DNA from: Chiloscyllium plagiosum
Taxonomy: Eukaryota
Assembly: GCF_004010195.1 (NCBI RefSeq)
Contig: NC_057719.1
Coordinates: forward strand, 28,868,556-28,932,555
Reading direction: 5' to 3'
Length of the DNA stretch: 64,000 bases
Position 1 is the stretch's first letter, and each line of letters begins with the position of its first letter. This document shows positions 11,786 to 22,157 of the stretch, piece by piece. The notes under the pieces were generated by a model. The model worked only from the letters and a program-made list of their open reading frames with translations. It ran no database searches and was not told where the DNA came from. Position numbers and translations under genes: made by a program.

Positions 11786-12660
11786 AGATTCCGAAAACAA
11801 CCAGTGCTGGAGATCACAGTGGGTCAGACAGCATCCCTGGAGAGACAGCAAGCTAACGACTTGAGTATAGATGACTCTTCATCAGCCCTACAACTTTTCA
11901 GTTCCGTTTCAAGCATCTACAGTAATTTTCACCAACAAGGCTCTTATTGCTAAGGTTGTAGTTTATCACAGTCTCTGTGAGGGGAGTGAATAAGACCGAG
12001 GGAAGCAAGGAGATCTCCTGAAGGTCGTTGCATCAATCCTTTCCCTCTCTCCCTTCTCTGTAAAACTGCTATCTCCAATTTTCTGTCAAATATGCAGGGG
12101 AAAAAAAAATATTGGGATGCATTGTGGGAAATAATTCTAAAACCGAAAGATTACCAGAAAGACCCCAGGTCCAATCAACCAACTGATGAATTAAAGACTG
12201 ATCATCACTGGACAGATAATATGTGAAACATTATCAAGGATTGTAGAAATAACTCATCACACTTGTAATACGATACAGATTTGTGGTCCTCTTTCTATTT
12301 GATTTCTGTCCAGTCCAGGTATTTGTCTTTATTTTATCTTTATGTGCCTGTGTGTTGTGGGGGATGATGGGGGAATATTAAAAGCGATGAAGTTTAAGTT
12401 GCATAAATTAGAAATCCTCTTCATTAAAAAAAATCTTATTTTATATTTACTGATTGAACTTGATGTGGTTTGCTTTTATCTTGGCAGCAGTCAGAGACAA
12501 ATTGAGATTTTTAGTAGTTTAATCAAGTCGTCACACCCGTTATGACTCCAGCAATATGGAGCTTGATTCCAGTGTGCTCCCCCATGAGTCATTACATTAG
12601 GGGTAGTGCAGAGAAACTGGATAGGGCACAGTTTAAGAGGGAATGAACTAGTTCGAGACA

Positions 12661-13183
12661 AAGTTAAAAGTCACACAACACCAGGTTATAGTCCAACAGG
12701 TTTATTTGGAAGCACTAGCTTTCAGAGGGCTGCTCCTTCATCAGGTGGCTGTGGAGTATAAGATTATAAGACACAGAATTTATAGCAAAAGATTACAGTG
12801 TCATGCAACTGATGCGATATATTGAACAAACCTGGATTGTTGTTAAGTCTTTCATCTTTCAGAACAGATTACAGGTTGTGTTTCATTAATGTGTAAATCT
12901 TAGTTCTGGGATTTACAGATTAATGAACCAAAACCTGCAACCTGTTCTAAAAGATAAAAGACTTAACAACAATTCAGGTTTGTTCAATATCTCATTTCAG
13001 TTGCATGACACTGTAATCTTTTGCTATAAATTCTGTGTCTTATGAGCTGATAATCCACAGCCACCTGATGAAGGAGCAGCGCTCTGAAAGCTAGTGCTTC
13101 CAAATTAACCTGTTGGACGATAACTTGGTGTTGTGTGATTTTTAAATTTGTCTACCTCAGTCCAACACTGGCTCCTCCACCTC
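12661..13183. mobile_element. Non-coding palindromic Penelope-derived element (~245-bp arms) with 13-bp TSD
   Basis: 12657-12903 is the reverse complement of ~12906-13152 with scattered mismatches; ctagtt(c/a)gagaca at 12648-12660 and 13184-13196; ctgatgaaggagcagc.ctctgaaagctag in both arms. Confidence 0.88.
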
Positions 13184-13439
13184 CTAGTTAGAGACATTAT
13201 AGAAGGAAGATTTCATGATAGGAAGGGGAAGAAGATAATATTAAAGTGAGGTGATTTGAAATTTGACTTAAGCTATTAAGAAATGAATAGACTTGTTTAG
13301 GGTAGCAGGTCTTGGGAAAGATGATAAGCCAAGGACTTCCCTGGATCAGAGCCGACATGACGGTGATATTCTATAACACTCTACCCTTGTTGGAAAGCCC
13401 CATATCGAGGAATATTGAGTTCCTGGTCCTTTATTTTGA

Positions 13440-13990
13440 TACATTCAGGGGCTGGGTCAGAAATGTTTGCCATCCCTGTTTGCCCTGGAGAAGGTGGTGG
13501 GTGAGCTGCCTTCTTGAATCATTGCAATCCATGGTCATAGGGATACCTGCAGTGCTGTAAGGAAGGGAGTTCTAGGATTTTGACCCAGCATTACTGAAGG
13601 AATATAGTTCTTGGTCAGGCTGGTGATTGGCTTGGAGAGAAAGATGCATGTAATGGTGTTCTCAGGTACTTGCTGTCCATAATCTCCTAGATGGTAATAC
13701 TTGTAGGTTTGGAAGATGCTAGGGGGCCTTGGTGAATCCTACAGATGGTATACACTGTTGCTACTACTAGTTAGCGGAAAGTGTGAATGCTTTTGGATAT
13801 GGTGTCAACAAGTGGATGTTTTGACACCATCCAGGGCAAGGTTTTTGAGTGTTGTTTGAGCTGTACAGAAAAGTGGGGAATATTCCATCATCCTCCTGAC
13901 TTGTGCCTTGTAAATGGTGGACAGGCTTTGGGAATTTGAAAGGTAAGTTTCTCACAAGCATCTGACCTGATTTTGTTACTGAAATATTCA
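13440..13990 (-). mobile_element. Old LINE 3' region (CR1/L2 group); related copies at ~15480-15700 and ~48885-49140
   Basis: Shared gagaaggtggtgg..gagctgccttcttgaa...ggagttc.aggattttgacccagc..ctgaaggaa block at three places. Confidence 0.6.
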
Positions 13991-14496
13991 TTCGACTGAT
14001 CCAGCTCAGCTGCCGACCAACATACCAAGTGTCTTCCTAACAGCTTTTGCTTGCTTTCAGTGGTATACAAGGACATCCATGTCCTCTCATACATCAAAAT
14101 TTCATATTCCATCACCATTTACTCTACCTTTCTGTTTTTCTCACCAAAGTGGATAACTTCACTTATCCACATTTTACTGCATCTGCCATGCATTTTCCCA
14201 CACACTTGCCCAGTTTGCTTGAAGCATCTTTATTTCTTCCTCTCCCAAACACACCTAGGTTTGTGGTGTAGGCTGATTTGAATCACAGATTCAAAAGCAA
14301 ATTGGAAAAGCACTTTTGAATGGAGAAATTTTGCAGGCTACATGAATTGAACAGAGAACTCGGGTGTGTGTGTGTGTGTTGCTATTTCCAAAACGTGCCA
14401 TGGAAATGACAAGCTAAGTGACCTTTTTTTTTTGCATTGTAACTGCTGTGTGATTCTAATCCTGAGCAATGGGCAGGTTTTCGGCAATCCTGACTG

Positions 14497-14785
14497 TGGG
14501 GCGGCATGGTGGCTCAGTGGTTAGCACTGCAGCCTCACAGCACCAGGGACCCAGATTCAATTCCAGCCTCGAGTGACTGTCTGTGTGGAGTTTGCACATT
14601 CTCACTGTGCCTGCGTGGTTTCCTCCCACAGTCCAAAGATGTGCAGGCCAGGTGAACTGGCCATTGCTAAATAGTGTTAGGAGCATTAGTCAGGGGGAGA
14701 TGGGTCTGGGTGGGTTACTCTTCAGAGGGTTGATATGGACTTGTTGGGCCAAAGGGCCTGTTTCCACACTGTAGAGAATCTAATC
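14497..14785 (+). mobile_element. HE1-type SINE
   Basis: gggcggcatggtggctcagtggttagcactgc head, aatctaatct tail, short ctgactg duplication on both flanks. Confidence 0.92.
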
Positions 14786-15832
14786 TGACTGGCTACCTCC
14801 AAACTCATTGTCAGGATGACAGGAGGGCTCTGAAACTCAGATTTTCAGACAGTTGGATGCTTTTGTAGCCTGGCAGCCACTCTGGGCCAATTGTGGAATG
14901 GTGAGGCAAGTCAGAAAACTACAAGGGAGATCCAACTTGGAGGCCTCTTTGCTGGCTTGTACATTATTGATTAAGTAATTGGAATCTAAGTCAATTCGCT
15001 TCACGGGGAATCCCCTCCACTGGACTGCATAGCAAAGTGACAAATTTGGTGGCGTATCTATGCAAATAAATGTTTTGCCTCAGCAGAGCAGACAGCTCAC
15101 CTGTTTTCTAGGCCACCCTAGGAAAATACCCCAAGACTGTGAATCCTTCAGCGAGCCATCCTGACACATCCCCTATTTTTCCCAGTCAAGCCTTACCTTC
15201 AAGCCTGAAAATGGGACTGAAAACTTCAGCTCAAGGTGTTTTCACAACAACAAAGTTTCTCATTGAAAATCACAGCACCACCTACAGGTGTACAGGTATT
15301 TCAGGTAATCTAAACTTTCAGAATGAAATTCAGTTGGAGCGGGGTGAAAGGACTATGACATATTTGGCAAGAGATTGTTGTGATCCACCCACAGCTTATA
15401 TTTTAATTATAATTTACCTCTGCCTGTCACTGCTTATTTGCAAAGTATGTGTCGTAATCACACTGCAGTCATTCAAATTTCAAATTCATGCAGCTGCTGC
15501 TTGTAGTTATACCTCCAGGATCCCTATTGTTGTTTAATGTCATACTATTAAGGAGAAAATTCCAGGATTTTGACCCAGCGACACTGAAGGAACAGCCTTC
15601 CAAGTCAGATGGTGGTATTTCCATGTTTCTGCTGCCCATGTCCTTCAAGATGTCAGTACTCATGGTTTGGGACAGTGTTATCTAAGGAACTTTGGAGAAT
15701 TCCTGATGCCTACTCTGTCAAATGGCCTTGTGTCAATCTTGCCTTACCTAGTGAATATTCTATCAAGGTCAGTGCTGGATTGATCAATAATTGACCCAAA
15801 GGGACAATATTGCCTGATCAGCCTAGTTGTGT

Positions 15833-16120
15833 TCCAGCTCAACACCACCCTCATGACCTGTACCACCAGTCAATCTTTCTTCCCACCTATCCGCTCCACC
15901 CTCCTCTCCGCCCTATCACTGTTACCCCCACCTCCATTCACCTATTGCACTCTCAGCTACCTCCTCCCCAGCCCCAACCCCCTCCCATTTATCTCTCCTA
16001 CCCCGAGGCTCCCAGTCTTATTTCTGATGAAGGGCTCTAGCCCGAAACATCGATTTTCCTGTTTCTCTGATGCTGCCTGACCTGCTGTCCTTTTCCAACA
16101 ATACACTCTCAACACTGTCT
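15833..16120 (+). mobile_element. Penelope tail fragment with hammerhead-like core (16024-16051) and ~11-bp TSD
   Basis: ctgatgaagggctctagcccgaaacatc; cctag(t/c)tgtgt at 15822-15832 and 16121-16131. Confidence 0.8.
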
Positions 16121-17684
16121 CCTAGCTGTGTACAGTCTTATTCAATATTTTTCATGGAGTTTTGACCATTAGTTTTGCACAAAGCAATCTTGAAATAAAT
16201 GCCTTGCTCTGCTTGTTACCTTGATGCATAGCCATTTTTCTTTGACACATTTAAACACTGAATGTATACGTTGCAAAGATGTTTTACACCTTGCAATGTG
16301 TTTAGATCTCTACATGTGGGACATAGGATTTGTTTCATAGCTTGTAAGGGCATTTTGTCTATGAATACCCAAACTGCTGCCTTAAATATACACAGCTAAT
16401 TTGGCTATCTCAATAAGGATTCTATGTCACCAACAGAATCCTGATATTATTTTAGCAATACATTGGATGCAGCATAGAGGAGCACAAAGGTTAGTGCGTA
16501 CACGTGTTTGCCGAGTGGGCATTCTCTTCCAGGCTACACAAAACTGATCCAGAAAGCTGAAGTGCCGAGTACGCTTTTCTCCCTCCCAAGAATAAAGTCT
16601 CAACTTCCTCCGGGCTTGCAAGTCTGCCAAGCTACTAGGTATTGTAGCCAGCTGTCTTGGAACTCTGTCTTCAGTCACAGTCTAGCAACGTACCCCTGTT
16701 CATGAGACAAGACTGTTAAAAAATTGATCGGACTTCCTGTTAACGCTATTAGGCTGCCACATCTTGCCTGAAAACTGCATAAAAGGCCATTTTTCATTTC
16801 ATTTTCTGGATATTTCAAAACAAATGAACTTGCATTATCATGAATGAAATCTTTTGTTTTTTTGCAAAGGGAAAGTCACTTCAATAGAGGTAATGGACCT
16901 CCCACCATAACTCTCACTTACACAAATTCCCCTTCTGCTGCACAATTTCTGACTCAATAGAAGAATGGCCTGCTTTGTCTATAATTGCTCTGATGTTCTG
17001 GTCGGTAAACAATAATTAATTGGCTTGAAGGCTTTGGAAATAAATGGAAATACAATAGAACAATCTTGTATACGGAGGAGGTCAGAGTTCAACTGCTCCT
17101 TAGGCGGCAAGTTGAAGACATGGCTCTACTTTTTTTTTAGCTTTTTGTTTCCAAGTGCCATTGATGAGACTCAATGGATGTTGACATATTGTTGCTTTGT
17201 CAATTACTGTACTTACAGTTATTAGAGTGCTGTATACTGCCCATCATATTTAAACAGAAGTTGTATCGAAATTTTCAGTGTGACCCATAAGGTAACACAA
17301 AAGTGAAAGAAATGCACCTTAGGTAACTCATTTTTATTACAAATAAGAATATCCATGTATGGTTTGATTTTTGGATAACGTGTCACAATTTGAAATGGCA
17401 ATAGCCTTTGCAAACAATCATAATTGGAATCCATGGTGCCGTTGAAAGTGCCTCTATAAACATTAGTAATGGGAATTAATGTATAAACATTTCATTGTCA
17501 CTATTTGTTGGCAAAACAATCAAATCACTTTGATTTTTGAAAAGAAAATTACTTCCACTACTAGTACCTGAAATTTCAGAATTTCCAACATAAAATCTTA
17601 AGCAGAGCAACAAAAGGTTCACAAAAATGAGAGTTTAGAATAATATGTTTGAATTTACCCAGCAAAGGTCTTTTAATGTTTTAT

Positions 17685-18715
17685 AGAGTCATACAGCACG
17701 GAAACAGATTATTATTCAATCCAACTCATCTACGCCGACTAGACACCCCAATCTTACTCAGTCCCATTTGCCAGCATTAGGCCATATCCCTCTCAACCCT
17801 TCCTATTCATATACCCATCCAAATGCCTTTTAAATGTTGTAATCGTACCAACCTCCACCTTCCTGTGGCAGGTCATTCCATAAACGAATCATTCTCTGTG
17901 TGAAAATGTTACCCTTCAGGTCCTTTTTAATCTTTCCCCTCTCACCTTAAACCTGTGCTCTCTAATTGTGGACTCCTCCACCCTAGGGAAAAGACCTTGG
18001 CTGCATAATGTCATCCCTCAGTCTCCAATGTTTTAGGGAAAACAGCCCCAGCCTATTCAGCCTGTCCCTATAGCTCAAACACTTTCCAACCCTGGCAACA
18101 TCCTTGTAAATCTTTGCTGCACTCTCTCAAGTTTAACAACATTCTTCTGAAAGAATTGTACACAGTATTCTAAAAGTGGCCGCAACAATGTCCTGTATAG
18201 CTGCAACATGAAGTCCCAACTGCTATACTCCATTGAATCCCTACAGTGTGGAAACAGGTCCTTCGGCCCAACAAGTCCACACCGACCCTCCAAAGAGTAA
18301 TCCACCCAGACCCATTTCCCTACCTTATATTTATCCCTGGCTAATGCACCTAACCTATGGGTGCACTATGGGTACCCTGAACACTATGGGTAATTTAGCA
18401 TGGCCAATTCACTGAACCTGCACAACTTTGGACTGTGGGAGGAAACTAGAGCACCCAGAGGAAACCCACGCAGACATGGGGAGAATGTGCAAACTCCACA
18501 CAGACAGTCTGCCCAAGGCTGGAATCGAGCCCTGGTCCCTGGTACTGTGAGGCAGCAGTGCCAACCACTGAGCCACCGTGCCGCCCCAATACTCAATGTT
18601 CTGACTAATGAAGGCAATAATGCCAAATGCCTTCTTCACCATCTTGTCTACCTGCGACTTTCACTTTTAAGGGACTATCTACCTACATCCCTAGGTCACT
18701 TTGTTCAGCAACAAT
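17685..18715 (-). mobile_element. CR1 3' fragment split by a SINE
   Basis: MLQLYRTLLRPLLEYCVQF..VVKLERVQQRFTRMLPGL on the minus strand; tail tagagtcata at 17684. Confidence 0.9.
18234..18588 (-). mobile_element. HE1-type SINE nested in CR1
   Basis: Head ggggcggcacggtggctcagtgg on the minus strand; atactc(c/a)at on both flanks; internal ctatgggt triplication at 18356-18391. Confidence 0.92.
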
Positions 18716-20244
18716 GTACAACTTCTGTCTCCCAAATAATGGACTTTAATATTTTTGCCTGGAGTATTTATAAAGTTAGCGGCCATATCATGGACATTGT
18801 GCACAGTTTTTCAGGATGCTTCACAACAAAACAAGTAATAATAATTTGAGGAGAAAAAAAAAACAAATTTGAAAAGTACTTATACAGCTAATATGTATTG
18901 ACTGTTTTGAAACAATAGATTTTGTGAGACAAATTATTAACCACATTCCTATTGTTGCACTGGAATTTCTTTTGTTATAGTTTCTTCTATGCATTTTGTA
19001 GAAGCATTAAACTAAGAGAATGAAAAAAAGATACGTGCCCATGTACATGCACATTGAATTAGAATGATTTTAATTTGACCTCAACCTTGTTCAAGAAGAA
19101 AAATGGCACAGTTTGAACAGTTTGTCACCCACCTGTTTGGCAAAAATAAGCTGGAGTGCTCTACCAAGTCCCCCAGGAATATCTTCATCGTCACCAACAA
19201 ACAAACAGCACTCACCCCCTCATTACATCATAGCACCCACTATCAAAATTCTTCCCCTTTCCTTCTACCTATGGAGGACCTTAGCAATTCTTGACCTCTT
19301 GCTAATCATTAAACTGCCCAACAGCATTTATTTAGCGCCGAAAGCTCACCAATCCTGTACACAAGCCTCAAAAGAGCATCTTATTTGAGTTCTTGCTTTT
19401 CAATTTAAAAAGTGGAATATTGAAATTCTGCGAGTTTCTCACCCTTTGCGTGAACCAAAAGAATCCATCTGTTGAATCTGCAGCAGTTTCATATTGTGCA
19501 CACACTCTCTGAGATTTCCATCCTCTTTCTGTCTGAAGGTAAACTATTTCTCAATGGTACGACAGCACAGTCTTGTCTTCAATGCAGCTCACTCCTATGG
19601 CCCCAAGTTCCTAATTCCTTGAATTATTCAAATATTGAAATCGTTTGACTCCTGGAAGTATCATCATTCCTGACAACTATGCTATGTTCTGGAGTTAATT
19701 ATCTTTATCTAATAAAAGTTTGGGATTTTCCTAAAGGCCTTACTACAGTTGAATTGCTCATACCTGAAGTCTACTGTACATGAAGTTCCCACAGAAACCT
19801 GGGAATTTTCTTGGGCATATTCCTTTACTGAAGAGAGCAGGAGTGTCAAACATGAATGGACAAAACAAATCTGTCCATTGTGTTCACTGTCTAAATTTAG
19901 GGATGAGATGACATTTTGACAGGTCCAAGTCAACCCCAGCCAAGATATGGATTGAATCCCCTGCTATTGGCATTATTCTGAAGCACACTCTACCCAGCTA
20001 GCTAATTCAAACAAGTTGCACCCCGTCCCCTGCTCCAATAACTCTGTAACTGGCAACCCTTTCACACAAAAATACAATCAAGCAACTCGAGTAATAACTC
20101 ACTACCAATGCTCAGTCTGAGTTCTGCCAGGACCATTCTGCTCCAGCCTTGGGCTATGTATGAACAAAAACCTGAATTCAAGATGTGAAGTGATGTGAGA
20201 TGTTGCTGGATCCAAATTGCAGAACTCCCCTCCTAATGGCATGA

Positions 20245-20592
20245 ATCATGAGGGGCATGGATAGGATAGACGGGCAAAGTCTTTTCCCTGGAGTGAGGAA
20301 GTCCAGAACTAGAGGGCATAGGTGCAGGGTGAGAGGGGAAAGATATAAAAGGGTCTTAAGGTGCAATGTTTTCACTGGTATATGTATGGAATGAGCTGCC
20401 AGAGGATGTGGTGTAGGCTGATACAATTACAGCATTTAAAAGGCATCTGGATGGGTATATAAATAGGAAGTGTCTAGAAGGATGTAGGCCAAATGCTGGC
20501 AAATGGGAGTAGATTAGGTTAGGATATCTGGTCAGCATGGACGAGTTGGACCAAAGAGGCTGTTTCCGTGCTGTACATCTCTATGACTCTAT
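20245..20592 (+). mobile_element. CR1 3' fragment
   Basis: atcatgaggggcatggatagg...tggaatgagctgccagagga...ctctatgactctat tail. Confidence 0.9.
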
Positions 20593-20687
20593 ATACGACA
20601 TGGACAATAGGAAGGTGACTCACTACCACTTCCTCAAAGACAATTAGGATGACACTGGCCTTGTCAGTGATGTGCCCAGCCCATGAA

Positions 20688-21162
20688 TGTGATGATGTTG
20701 CTTCTTTAAGAAGTTTATGTTGTCCTTGGTTTTTGTTTCAGAAGGATTGTAAATGCGGAGACTCCAGGCAGTCTGGTTTTTATGGGTTTTAGGGTCAATT
20801 TGATTATAGCTGACAGATGCTGTCTCAGGCAAAAGGCTTTCAAGTTTAAAAAAGAACACTTATACAATGAGTGGAAAGTGGCCAGTTCTCCCAGCTCAGC
20901 TTTTCTCTGGTTTGGTTTGGTTTTGGGTTTTGCAGTCTGGCTGTTCAGAGCAAGCATGGTTTTGAGGCTGCTGGTCAAAGTAAACAGTTACATGGACAAA
21001 AGTGTTCCATGCTGAATTTCTCTGACATCTCTCTTGTAAGACCCTGTTTTTGATTTTTTCTTTTGTGCCAAGTGGTGTTTACAGGGATTGTTGCAAGCAG
21101 TGGAACAGCATCTGTGGGTTTTCGGATGGGTTAAGTTATTCTGTATTCTGTTCTCTTTTGTT
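20688..21162 (+). mobile_element. Possible LTR, cut by the assembly gap
   Basis: Starts TGTGATGATGTTGCTTCTTTAAGAAG, resembling the TGT...gctgcccctttaagagag start of the LTRs at 37316/42374; 3' end not visible. Confidence 0.35.
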
Positions 21163-21889
21163 NNNNNNNNNNNNNNNNNNNNNNNNNNNNNNNNNNNNNN
21201 NNNNNNNNNNNNNNNNNNNNNNNNNNNNNNNNNNNNNNNNNNNNNNNNNNNNNNNNNNNNNNNNNNNNNNNNNNNNNNNNNNNNNNNNNNNNNNNNNNNN
21301 NNNNNNNNNNNNNNNNNNNNNNNNNNNNNNNNNNNNNNNNNNNNNNNNNNNNNNNNNNNNNNNNNNNNNNNNNNNNNNNNNNNNNNNNNNNNNNNNNNNN
21401 NNNNNNNNNNNNNNNNNNNNNNNNNNNNNNNNNNNNNNNNNNNNNNNNNNNNNNNNNNNNNNNNNNNNNNNNNNNNNNNNNNNNNNNNNNNNNNNNNNNN
21501 NNNNNNNNNNNNNNNNNNNNNNNNNNNNNNNNNNNNNNNNNNNNNNNNNNNNNNNNNNNNNNNNNNNNNNNNNNNNNNNNNNNNNNNNNNNNNNNNNNNN
21601 NNNNNNNNNNNNNNNNNNNNNNNNNNNNNNNNNNNNNNNNNNNNNNNNNNNNNNNNNNNNNNNNNNNNNNNNNNNNNNNNNNNNNNNNNNNNNNNNNNNN
21701 NNNNNNNNNNNNNNNNNNNNNNNNNNNNNNNNNNNNNNNNNNNNNNNNNNNNNNNNNNNNNNNNNNNNNNNNNNNNNNNNNNNNNNNNNNNNNNNNNNNN
21801 NNNNNNNNNNNNNNNNNNNNNNNNNNNNNNNNNNNNNNNNNNNNNNNNNNNNNNNNNNNNNNNNNNNNNNNNNNNNNNNNNNNNNNNNN
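21163..21889. other. Assembly gap
   Basis: N run; the 280-350 aa ORFs across it are artefacts. Confidence 1.
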
Positions 21890-22157
21890 ATCTTCGTATC
21901 TTCTGCAAATTTACTGACCCACCCTTCGTCTCCCTCATCTAAGTCATTAATAAAAATTACAAACAGCAGAGGACCCAGAACTGATCCCTGCGGAACTCCA
22001 CTTGTAACTGGGCTCCAGGCTGAATATTTGCCATCTACCACCACTCTCTGACTTCGACCGGTTAGCCAGTTTTCTATCCAATTGGCCAAATTTCCCTCTA
22101 TCCTATGCCTCCTGACTTTCCGCATAAGATCCCATGCCTCCTGACTTTCCGCATAAG
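21890..22157 (-). mobile_element. CR1 RT fragment, 5'-truncated
   Basis: [48 protein letters not shown]...SKFAEDTK. Confidence 0.95.
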
